Origin: an uncultured Candidatus Saccharibacteria bacterium
GTDB lineage: Bacteria > Patescibacteriota > Saccharimonadia > Saccharimonadales > UBA7683
NCBI GenBank assembly: GCA_964632215.1
Contig: CAZWBG010000003.1
Span: forward strand, 7,833 to 71,832
Length of the DNA: 64,000 nt
Direction: 5' to 3'
The position numbers and the translations under genes were made by a program. Below the pieces are notes generated by a model. It was given only the letters and a program-made list of their open reading frames with translations. It was not told the DNA's origin and did no database searches. Of the stretch, positions 1 through 7,773 are shown piece after piece. Every line of letters begins with the position of its first letter. Positions within the stretch are counted from its first letter, which is position 1.

Positions 1-1
1 A

Positions 2-934
2 ACAACTAAAGACGAGCCAGCCGATGACGATATTTGGGCAACAACAGAAGAAGAAGAGGAAGTGGCAGCAAACGAACAGGCTAGTACGTATCTAGACGAT
101 ATCTCCGATGACTCAGTTCGCCTGTATCTTCGTGAGATTGGTAAGATCCCACTCCTAACGGCCGAGGAAGAATTAGAACTTGCGAACCGAGTAGTAGCGG
201 GTGAAAAACGCGCTAAAGATAAAATGGCCGAGGCAAACATGCGACTTGTGGTTTCAATTGCCAAACGCTATAGTGGCCGTGGTCTTGATTTTCTTGATCT
301 GATTCAAGAGGGTAACACTGGTTTACTGCGTGCGGTTGAAAAGTTTGACCCTTCAAAAGGTTTTAAGTTTTCTACCTATGCTACGTGGTGGATCCGCCAG
401 GCTATTACTCGAGCTATTGCCGACCAAGCCCGTGTAATTCGTATTCCAGTACACATGGTGGAAACTATCAACAAATTACTTCGTACCCAACGGCGCATGA
501 CTCAAGAACTCAACCGTGAGCCAACCATAGAAGAGCTTGCCAAAGAGATGGAGATGGAACCTGAGAAGATCGAATACGTTATGAAGATTAAGCAGGATGT
601 TAATTCACTTGATGCTGCGGTACGTGATGACGAAGAAGATTCAGTTTTGGGTGATTTTATTGAAGATGAAGATACCAAAAGTCCGGATGAAACAGCAACT
701 GAACAATTGCTAAAAGAACAAGTTCAGGACATTTTAGAATCCGCTCTGAGCGAGCGTGAACTTAAGATTGTGAAGATGCGTTTTGGCCTTGAAGATGGTA
801 AGAACCATACACTTGAAGAAGTGGGTCACGAATTTTCCGTAACTCGAGAACGAATTCGACAGATTGAAGCCAAAGCTCTCGCGAAGTTACGTAAACATAA
901 GGATGCTAAAAAACTATATGAGTACCTCAGCTAA
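2..934 (+). CDS. rpoD: Primary sigma-70 family sigma factor (RpoD/SigA-like), 5' end truncated by window edge
   Basis: The frame stays open back to nt 2, so the ORF-track GTG at 62 is probably internal. Region 2 reads '[41 protein letters not shown]'. Region 4.2 HTH reads '[28 protein letters not shown]'. Confidence 0.93.
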   Translation, partial: TTKDEPADDDIWATTEEEEEVAANEQASTYLDDISDDSVRLYLREIGKIPLLTAEEELELANRVVAGEKRAKDKMAEANMRLVVSIAKRYSGRGLDFLDLIQEGNTGLLRAVEKFDPSKGFKFSTYATWWIRQAITRAIADQARVIRIPVHMVETINKLLRTQRRMTQELNREPTIEELAKEMEMEPEKIEYVMKIKQDVNSLDAAVRDDEEDSVLGDFIEDEDTKSPDETATEQLLKEQVQDILESALSERELKIVKMRFGLEDGKNHTLEEVGHEFSVTRERIRQIEAKALAKLRKHKDAKKLYEYLS

Positions 935-1484
935 GATATTTGGTCTTGCTGGCACTTTCTCAAGCGGGAAAGATAGCCTGGCCTATTTTTTGGAAGAGAA
1001 TTACGGGGTCAAACATATATCAACCAGTGATATTCTGCGTGAACTTGCCCAGGAAAAATACGGTTCTATCGAACGGCCGATTTTATATAAAACAGCCGAT
1101 GAGTTGCGGACCAAGAACCCTGGGGTCTTGAGCGAAATGGCGCTTGAGAGATATGAAAATTACCAAAATGATTATCCGAATGGTGTCTGTGTGAGTGGCC
1201 TTCGAGCCTGGGCGGAAGCCGAGATTATTCGACAACGCGGTGGCCTCATAATCTTTACTGATGCACCAGCAAAACTTCGGTATGAGCGGAGTATTGAACG
1301 AGCTCGTGATAACGAAAAGCTCAATACCTTTGAAGAGTTTTTAGAACGTGAAAAACGAGAGAACGGTACACCGAATAGTAGATTTAGCCTAGTTGGTATT
1401 CAGCAAAGAGCCGATATTCTGCTGGAGAATCCAGGTGATATGGAGGCATTCTTGAAGAGTGCAGTTCAGGCACTAGGATTATAA
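918..1484 (+). CDS. P-loop nucleotide/nucleoside-monophosphate kinase-like protein (CoaE/dNMP-kinase-like)
   Basis: Walker-A-like '[12 protein letters not shown]' lies at the N-terminus and the ~190-aa size matches small kinases. I prefer ATG 918 because the ORF-track start at 864 lies inside rpoD. The gene overlaps the rpoD stop by 17 nt. Substrate is unknown. Confidence 0.55.
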   Translation: MSTSAKIFGLAGTFSSGKDSLAYFLEENYGVKHISTSDILRELAQEKYGSIERPILYKTADELRTKNPGVLSEMALERYENYQNDYPNGVCVSGLRAWAEAEIIRQRGGLIIFTDAPAKLRYERSIERARDNEKLNTFEEFLEREKRENGTPNSRFSLVGIQQRADILLENPGDMEAFLKSAVQALGL

Positions 1485-1566
1485 CCTTTGGTGGCACGTA
1501 TTATCTTCTAGGCAAGGTGGGCGCCAGGCTTGCTAGTTTATATCTGATACCCGATACTAGTAGTAG

Positions 1567-3048
1567 ATGACTAAGAAAAAACATATTGTGGTAATTGGCG
1601 CAGGATTTTCCGGACTCTCAGCTGCTGCTTATTTGGCACGCGACGGATACCGAGTTACGGTGTTAGAAAAAAATGCCCAACCTGGTGGACGGGCCCATAC
1701 CTTGGAGCAAGATGGCTTCCGATTCGAGCTGGGTCCGAGTTGGTACATGATGCCCGATATTTTTGAAGAATTTTTTGCTGACTTTGGCACTGAACAAAAA
1801 GATCACTATACATTGACGCGACTTGACCCGAACTATCGAGTATTCTTTGCAGGCAACCAGCAGTTTGATATTGCCGATAGTCTGCATAATAAAACACTTT
1901 TTAGCCAGCTCGAACCCGGGGCAGGCGTCGAGCTCGAACGTTTTATAGCAAAAAGTGAAAAATATCATACTTTCGTTCGTGAACATTTTCTCACGGAAGA
2001 TTCTAGTACTATTTGGCAAATGCTACACCCTAAGTCACTCCTGACATTCGTACAAATGCCAGTTTTTAAGAATTATCATCAGGTGATAAAGCAGCATTTT
2101 CATGACCCACGACTACAACAAATGCTGGGATTCATGTGCGTATTTTTGGGCGCTTCACCTCGTTCTATTCCAGGTATATATACGCTACTTGCCCATGTTG
2201 ATATGAACCAGGGTATTTGGTACCCAGAAGGTGGATTTACGAATCTTGCAGAAGTTTTTGCCAGGTTTGCCAAATCTCAGGGCGTGACTATTAAATATAA
2301 TCACGCGGTTACTTCAATAGAGGTCAGGGACGGTACGGCGCGAGCGGTACGAGTAGGTAAAAAACGGATTGTTTGTGACGCGGTAATTGGCGCAGCGGAT
2401 TATCACTTTATAGAAACAAAGCTTCTTAAGCCGGCTTCTCAAACCTATCCGCAGCGCTATTGGAATAAGAAAGATCTTTCACCCTCAGCGCTACTTATTA
2501 GCGTGGGTTTAAATACTAAGCTGAGCAATTTAGCACATCATAATTTATTTTTTGATACCGACTGGAACGAGGACTTCAAGCAGCTATACAAAAAGAAAGA
2601 ATGGCCTGAAGAACCACAGTTTTATGTATCAATACCAAGCAAAACTGACGCAACAGTTGCACCAGAAGGTCACGAGGCAATGTTTGTTTTAGTACCACTC
2701 GCAGCTGGACTTGAGCATGACGAGTTGGCTCAGCGTGAGCTCATTAAGAATGTGTATGCAAGAATCGGTGAACGAGCCCAGCTAGATATTGCCAAGCATA
2801 CCGTTAGTGAAGATATCAGGTCTATAGATTATTTTAAAGATACGTTTAATTCTTATCAGGGCAATGCTTTTGGCTTGTCTCACACGCTGTTTCAGGGTAG
2901 TTTCCTGCGGCCCAAAAATCGGAGCAAAAAAGTGAGCAACCTTTTTTATACTGGGCAATATACCAACCCAGGAACTGGGGTACCACTAGCGGTACTATCT
3001 GGAAAAATCGTGGCTAAAGCATTTAGTAGAACACCTGATCACTCTTGA
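1567..3048 (+). CDS. FAD-dependent phytoene desaturase (CrtI) family oxidoreductase
   Basis: N-terminal dinucleotide-binding motif 'VVIGAGFSGLSAAAYLARDGYRVTVLEKNAQPGGRA'. CrtI-type C-terminal motif 'FYTGQYTNPGTGVPLAVLSG'. Length is 493 aa. Confidence 0.75.
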   Translation: MTKKKHIVVIGAGFSGLSAAAYLARDGYRVTVLEKNAQPGGRAHTLEQDGFRFELGPSWYMMPDIFEEFFADFGTEQKDHYTLTRLDPNYRVFFAGNQQFDIADSLHNKTLFSQLEPGAGVELERFIAKSEKYHTFVREHFLTEDSSTIWQMLHPKSLLTFVQMPVFKNYHQVIKQHFHDPRLQQMLGFMCVFLGASPRSIPGIYTLLAHVDMNQGIWYPEGGFTNLAEVFARFAKSQGVTIKYNHAVTSIEVRDGTARAVRVGKKRIVCDAVIGAADYHFIETKLLKPASQTYPQRYWNKKDLSPSALLISVGLNTKLSNLAHHNLFFDTDWNEDFKQLYKKKEWPEEPQFYVSIPSKTDATVAPEGHEAMFVLVPLAAGLEHDELAQRELIKNVYARIGERAQLDIAKHTVSEDIRSIDYFKDTFNSYQGNAFGLSHTLFQGSFLRPKNRSKKVSNLFYTGQYTNPGTGVPLAVLSGKIVAKAFSRTPDHS

Positions 3049-3079
3049 TAGATTATTTCTACTCGTGGTGCGTTAATTT

Positions 3080-3904
3080 CTACCACTCAGGATTATCTTT
3101 GGTACTAATGTCTTCACTTCTTTTGGCGAGTAGGGGCATCTGCTCGTAGTCTGGCGTTGCCCTAAGGCCCTGCTGCATTAAGCAAAAAAGCTGGCGAAGT
3201 GACTCGGCGATTTGTGGGCTATCAATAACTAAGCCCATAGCTTCTTCGCCAAAAGATATCACGGAGACTTTACTACCGAATATATTCCATTCTACTGGGG
3301 CGGTGTAGTCTTCTTGCTTCATCCAGGTACGATCAAAGAGGTACTTCTTATCTATATCAGGATCATTGTTTGCGTCGGGCACGTCAGGGGATAGGATTGT
3401 GGTAGGTATTCCGTAAGTAGAGGGTCGCTTGCGCCATACATTGTAAACACCTTTACCGAAAAATTCTCTATCTTTCCAGGAACGAATGATGTACAGATCT
3501 TGTTTGTCCCGTAACTGCTCCTTGTAGATAGTCTCAATACCTTCTTTTCCCTGAAAGTAACGTACGCCCGGTTGTTCGGAGAAAGTAAAAAAGTAGTTCA
3601 GCAGCGAGGGTATCGCAGCTTTCACCTGTTTTTCGTGCTCAGCTGCAGCTTTGCGTTTAGTTTCAGCAAGATGTTCTAGTGCAGTGGGGTGGCTAGCGGT
3701 ATAGGTGAGTTTTTTATCTTGCTCTAACTTTTTTGCCAGACCAAATTCTTCCAATTGGTCAAAGACTTTATAGGCATTAGTTCGGGTAACACCAAGTTTT
3801 TGGGCGATAACTGGCGGCTTCAAACTGCCGTGTTTTACAAGTAGTAAGTAGGCCTTTGCTTGAGGTTCGGTGAGGCCGATATCTTGTAATATCTTTATAT
3901 CCAT
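3080..3904 (-). CDS. TrmB-family transcriptional regulator
   Basis: N-terminal wHTH 'LQDIGLTEPQAKAYLLLVKHGSLKPPVIAQKLGVTRTNAYKVFDQLEEFGL' is typical of TrmB-like regulators. A ~170-aa C-terminal effector domain follows. Confidence 0.7.
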   Translation of the reverse strand: MDIKILQDIGLTEPQAKAYLLLVKHGSLKPPVIAQKLGVTRTNAYKVFDQLEEFGLAKKLEQDKKLTYTASHPTALEHLAETKRKAAAEHEKQVKAAIPSLLNYFFTFSEQPGVRYFQGKEGIETIYKEQLRDKQDLYIIRSWKDREFFGKGVYNVWRKRPSTYGIPTTILSPDVPDANNDPDIDKKYLFDRTWMKQEDYTAPVEWNIFGSKVSVISFGEEAMGLVIDSPQIAESLRQLFCLMQQGLRATPDYEQMPLLAKRSEDISTKDNPEW

Positions 3905-3910
3905 AGGTGT

Positions 3911-3919
3911 ATATTAGCA
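3911..3919 (-). promoter_or_regulatory. Extended -10 box (TGcTAATAT) 6 nt upstream of the TrmB-like start codon; leaderless candidate
   Basis: The minus strand reads TGC-TAATAT-acacct-ATG, and no SD lies between box and start. Confidence 0.5.
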
Positions 3920-3928
3920 CATATTATC

Positions 3929-3957
3929 TACTTTGTGAATAGTATTTTCACAAAGTA
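3929..3957. promoter_or_regulatory. Perfect palindrome, candidate operator in the divergent promoter region
   Basis: tactttgtgaa-N7-ttcacaaagta has 11-bp perfect arms. It lies between the TrmB-like gene and the 4037 operon. Confidence 0.5.
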
Positions 3958-4021
3958 CTGCCTATATTTTATCTGTAAGGTAAATATATGACCGCATAAT
4001 ATTGACATAATTAAATAAGAA

Positions 4022-4030
4022 TGATACTAT
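4022..4030 (+). promoter_or_regulatory. Extended -10 box (TGaTACTAT) 6 nt upstream of ATG 4037; leaderless candidate
   Basis: Sequence reads TGA-TACTAT-atgtac-ATG(4037). No SD is present. Confidence 0.4.
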
Positions 4031-4036
4031 ATGTAC

Positions 4037-4774
4037 ATGAAAAATATTGAGCAGATCCCGCAAGTACGACCAGTTATTCTTTATGACGACACACCCTACT
4101 ATCATTGGGGCTCAGAATCACCTATAGAGGAGCAGGCAACTATTCTAGCTGGCTTCCGTGGTTATACAGAGGGTGGTTTTACACTCATTAAGTTCAGTGG
4201 TCTTGTAGGTGATGAAGTTAAGAGAGCTCCTGATTACGGCTACAGTACGTCAAATTCCGAAGTGTATAAGCAATTTGTTAGTGATACAATCGCAAACTAC
4301 CTGGAAGAGGGTGGCGCTCCTATCACAGACATCGTAGCTCAAACTTATCTGAGAGAGTCACCAATATTAGACGAAGATCCCCGACTTGAGCATGTAGTAT
4401 GGTGGAAACTTAAAGTTGCATCGTATCCGTTTTACCACGGATCCACAGATAGTTTAACCTATGCAGGAGGTGGGCCAGCCCACAAGGCTAAGCCTATTAT
4501 TGTGGACTCCCAAGGAAGCGACATCCAGGGTGGTTTTAACGGTCCGATAGAAATATATCTCTTCGATAGCGATCCTATGGTTAGTGTGCGTGAAGAGTAT
4601 GACTATAAAGCAGGAAGATCTCTTGGTGGTGAAAAAAGGCAGATGGATCTTAGCGAACTACCTACATTCACAGAAGCCTTGCCACAGTTTAGTTTTATTC
4701 GTGCGGTCAGGGAGAGCAACCAGAGAATCGAAGACCAGGCATACAAGGAGTTTGTGGAGTCCATGGCTTGGTGA
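4037..4774 (+). CDS. Hypothetical protein (no recognisable domain)
   Basis: The ORF is 245-247 aa with balanced composition. The start may be 4031 or 4037. It is the first gene of a two-gene unit divergent from the TrmB-like regulator. Confidence 0.6.
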   Translation: MKNIEQIPQVRPVILYDDTPYYHWGSESPIEEQATILAGFRGYTEGGFTLIKFSGLVGDEVKRAPDYGYSTSNSEVYKQFVSDTIANYLEEGGAPITDIVAQTYLRESPILDEDPRLEHVVWWKLKVASYPFYHGSTDSLTYAGGGPAHKAKPIIVDSQGSDIQGGFNGPIEIYLFDSDPMVSVREEYDYKAGRSLGGEKRQMDLSELPTFTEALPQFSFIRAVRESNQRIEDQAYKEFVESMAW

Positions 4775-4823
4775 TATTGACAAAAGTAAACATAAGTGTT
4801 TTAATGAGAGGCGGTAAACAATA

Positions 4824-5882
4824 ATGAAAAATCAAAATACACTGACAGTAACAAGAGAAGATGAACATCAGTCAGACAGATGGCCCGAAGCTCCCAGCCC
4901 AGCCGAGAGCTGGCTGATGAGTGGCGAAGCTGGGCCAGCTTATCTTGTGTCTATCGCTACTTATGGTGCCGATGGACCAGAAGCGGCTGGTAGTATGAGC
5001 CCTAACTGGGGCCAGCCTGGTAGGCTTGAGCTTAACAAGAGGCCAGCTGAAATGAAGCAGCTAACAGACGAGCAAAGAGCTGAGATCGTGAAACTGCGAG
5101 CTACTGAGTCTCGGCTAAAAATGAACAAATTCTTAGATGTACATAGACTAAACAGGGCTGACCTTGTAGTCATTAAGCCCCAGGGTGAGCGTAGCTCAGG
5201 AGTGATCGATATCGTGTGTGCTGATAACCTGCCACGACCAAGTGACTCATACCTAGAAGATTCAACTCCAGCCAGTATGATGTACACACGAGATCCAGAG
5301 CGTGTTTTGGCAATTCGGCCTGCTGACTGCCCAACCTTGATCGGCTATGGATTAGATGAAGAGAGTCAACCACTACTCTTCTTGCTACACTCTGGTTGGC
5401 AAGATGAAGAAGCCGGCTTCGTAGAGCAGGGTCTTAGTTTCGTCCGTGACGAGTTGGGCGTGGACCCAGCCATTATGAACTTCATTATTGCACCTGGTGG
5501 CATAGATTTTGACTATAAGCGACCAACAGATCCAGCAACTGGCCAAGATGAACGGTTTCAGCATTCAGCTTGGGCGGATCACTTGAAAAACGTGCAACAA
5601 GATGAAGATGGAAACTATCGGTTTATCATTGATATGCCAGGGTTTCTCACTTCACGATTGCATGAATTTGGGGTAACCGATCACCAAATATTTTTTGATG
5701 ATTCTGACACATCTCGATTAGATTCTGGCTATAGCTCGCATAAGCGATGGGCCAACAAAGACGTGCAAACACCGATGCGTGATGTGGTCGTGGCTATGAT
5801 GCCCCAATATGCTGAGAAAACAAGCGAAAGAGGCAGGCGATTCAGGACTCTAGAGAAAAAACTTTTACAGCTGGAGGTGTAG
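4824..5882 (+). CDS. YfiH/PgeF (DUF152, 'laccase-domain') family protein with ~170-aa N-terminal extension
   Basis: Family-like motifs 'RPADCPTL', 'LLHSGWQ' (compare HAGWRG) and C-terminal 'GYSSHKRW' (compare FSYRR) occur in the correct order and spacing. The N-terminal ~170 aa is unrelated. Confidence 0.55.
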   Translation: MKNQNTLTVTREDEHQSDRWPEAPSPAESWLMSGEAGPAYLVSIATYGADGPEAAGSMSPNWGQPGRLELNKRPAEMKQLTDEQRAEIVKLRATESRLKMNKFLDVHRLNRADLVVIKPQGERSSGVIDIVCADNLPRPSDSYLEDSTPASMMYTRDPERVLAIRPADCPTLIGYGLDEESQPLLFLLHSGWQDEEAGFVEQGLSFVRDELGVDPAIMNFIIAPGGIDFDYKRPTDPATGQDERFQHSAWADHLKNVQQDEDGNYRFIIDMPGFLTSRLHEFGVTDHQIFFDDSDTSRLDSGYSSHKRWANKDVQTPMRDVVVAMMPQYAEKTSERGRRFRTLEKKLLQLEV

Positions 5883-6007
5883 TACCAGGGTGCAGATGAT
5901 GCCTTTGCCTTCGCATCATTTGAAGCAGCTGAACGTGGCTGGGATCGTGCCTCAAATCAGTATTGGCCACAAAAGAAGTACTAGAAGCAGAAGTCAATGA
6001 TCTCCTC

Positions 6008-6550
6008 TCAGAACAGGAACCAGGCCGCTAGGGCTATTAGGCCAAGCATAAAGATATCGGTGATGCTGGTGACAATTGGTATGAGTATATCGCTGGGGTT
6101 GAGTCGATGCTTCTCCAAGAGTTTGTCTAAGAAAGTAGTGAGACCAAACATAGCAACTATCGTGGTTACCATGGAGATGATAACGAAGAGTATGAACTTA
6201 ATCATGAATACAGATGTAAATAAGTAATCTCGATGCCAGGCAATAAAGACGCTGAGGATGATGATACCGATGATATTGACCCAGATAGCCTTACTAATGG
6301 CTTTGCTGAGCTCTCGTTTGGTGGTGGTCTGTTCAGCTGGATCCGAAGCGTGAGCAGCAATAATGGCCGCGTAATCTCCGACCATGGTATTGAGTGCGGG
6401 CAAGGCAATAATGAGTGGTACAAGCGGAAGTAGTTTCGCTTGTACGGCCTCTAAACTTAGACCACCGATAAGACTCATGCACGAGGCAGCGCCTGTCGTG
6501 AAAGCGATAAAGCCGATACTGCGAACGCGACGCCAGTTCATGTCAGCCAC
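6008..6550 (-). CDS. MgtE/SLC41-type divalent cation transporter membrane domain protein (half-size)
   Basis: Polytopic membrane protein. C-terminal 'RLNPSDILIPIVTSITDIFMLGLIALA' resembles the MgtE TM-domain signature (DPA..s.P.ittl.D..g). No cytosolic CBS or N domain is present. Confidence 0.55.
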   Translation of the reverse strand: MADMNWRRVRSIGFIAFTTGAASCMSLIGGLSLEAVQAKLLPLVPLIIALPALNTMVGDYAAIIAAHASDPAEQTTTKRELSKAISKAIWVNIIGIIILSVFIAWHRDYLFTSVFMIKFILFVIISMVTTIVAMFGLTTFLDKLLEKHRLNPSDILIPIVTSITDIFMLGLIALAAWFLF

Positions 6551-7143
6551 CCAATCACTACTACCATGGTGATGACGCTTAAGATATCAAAAATGGAAGA
6601 TTCAATAGGTCCCACGACATCGTCGGGATTTATTTTAAATGAACGGAAGACGACACTCAGTAAGCCAATAATTGGGAAGCCAATGAGTGCGCTAAGGCCA
6701 ATGGCGCCTAGAGCAAGCCAGAAGACTTGCCAAAATATAGCATCAAAAAACCAAACTGAAAGCCCTGCGCCGACAACTCCAACTAAGATACCTGAGAGCA
6801 GAGAAATAAGTAGAGCAAAACTGACATTACGCAGGAGTACAGGCCACCATTTTGCTTCTAGTTCTTCGAGCTGGTGATTAATCTTGGCGCTTAGCGTTGC
6901 ACCTAGAGAGCCGTCTAAATCAAAAATGCCGGGTAGTACCACAAAGGCTCCGGCCACGAGAGCCAGGGTGCCCTTATTGGTTTCAAGTAGTACTCCTGCT
7001 ATGACTGAACCAACAAGTGAGATAACTTGTGTCCAGGCCATCTGCTTTCCGTTGATACCAAGTGCTCGACGCCGACGCTTTTGGTAAAGATGGTGCCAGT
7101 GACGACCGTTATGGGCTGGCAAGTTCTTGGTTTTTGTGGGCAT
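6538..7143 (-). CDS. MgtE/SLC41-type divalent cation transporter membrane domain protein (half-size), paralog of downstream gene
   Basis: 'FKINPDDVVGPIESSIFDILSVITMVV' matches the same signature. It overlaps the downstream gene by 13 nt. The ORF-track start at 7224 lies inside a terminator hairpin. ATG 7143 (MPTKTK...) is preceded by CATAAT plus 6 nt. Confidence 0.5.
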   Translation of the reverse strand: MPTKTKNLPAHNGRHWHHLYQKRRRRALGINGKQMAWTQVISLVGSVIAGVLLETNKGTLALVAGAFVVLPGIFDLDGSLGATLSAKINHQLEELEAKWWPVLLRNVSFALLISLLSGILVGVVGAGLSVWFFDAIFWQVFWLALGAIGLSALIGFPIIGLLSVVFRSFKINPDDVVGPIESSIFDILSVITMVVVIGWLT

Positions 7144-7149
7144 GCGCTC

Positions 7150-7155
7150 ATTATG
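7150..7155 (-). promoter_or_regulatory. -10 box (CATAAT) 6 nt upstream of ATG 7143; leaderless candidate
   Basis: The minus strand reads CATAAT-gagcgc-ATG. Confidence 0.35.
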
Positions 7156-7203
7156 CGTGAATGGACTGATCATGTAAATAAGATGTCGGTGTTTGAAATA
7201 ATT

Positions 7204-7254
7204 ACGGCCGATGACAGTGAGCACTTGAAGTGCTCGGAACTGTCATCGGCCGTA
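7204..7254 (-). terminator. Compound hairpin terminator downstream of the ACP gene
   Basis: The outer 14-bp stem pairs acggccgatgacag with ctgtcatcggccgt. The inner 6-bp stem pairs gagcac with gtgctc. On the minus strand the hairpin is followed by a T-rich 'gtaattatttc'. Confidence 0.6.
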
Positions 7255-7289
7255 CCCGATTTAGGTAGAATGGATGTGGTTGGTGGAAT

Positions 7290-7547
7290 TTAGGTCTTAT
7301 CGAGCATGCGCTCGATCAGGGTTACTACATCGCCAATAGTGACGATATCTTCCAGTTCGGACTCATCAATAGTGATCTTGAACGCCTCTTCCAGCGCCAT
7401 GGTTAGTTCAACCAGATCAAGTGAGTCGGCCTCGAGGTTATCGGCGAAACTTGCTCCGAGTGTTACGAGAGCTTCGTCTACCGCGAGGTATTCGACAACG
7501 ATGGGCTTGAGGCGATTGAGGATATCATCTTGTGATTGGGTGGTCAT
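7290..7547 (-). CDS. acpP: Acyl carrier protein
   Basis: Phosphopantetheine-attachment motif 'LEADSLDLVELTMALEEAF'. The product is ~85 aa from ATG 7547 (MTTQSQDD...). The ORF-track start at 7580 adds 11 unlikely residues. Confidence 0.85.
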   Translation of the reverse strand: MTTQSQDDILNRLKPIVVEYLAVDEALVTLGASFADNLEADSLDLVELTMALEEAFKITIDESELEDIVTIGDVVTLIERMLDKT

Positions 7548-7773
7548 ACTCAACCTTTTTATAGATGGGCGGGTACACACTTAGTGGCGTAAGTTGCGCG
7601 GTTGCGCTCTTACAGACCTCTGGTGATGGTTTGATAGTACGTTAAATGTGACTAAAAAGCGAGCATAAGCATAAAAAATTACCTCTGTAAAAGAGACATC
7701 ATATAGGGAGTAGGGTATACTTTAGGTATGAGTGCGAGAAAAAACCACAGTATCAAAGCATTCTGCTTGATAC

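Noticed and set aside
864-917. 5' extensions in the ORF track: 864 for the kinase, 7580 for ACP, 7224 for the MgtE-like gene, 32375 for pnp, 43974 for Crp, 45967 for the 46030 gene and 42032 for the 2H protein.
   Set aside because: The extensions overlap upstream genes, terminator hairpins or leaders, and they add non-conserved residues. Downstream starts have an SD or a correctly spaced -10 box. Alternative starts are noted in the feature evidence.
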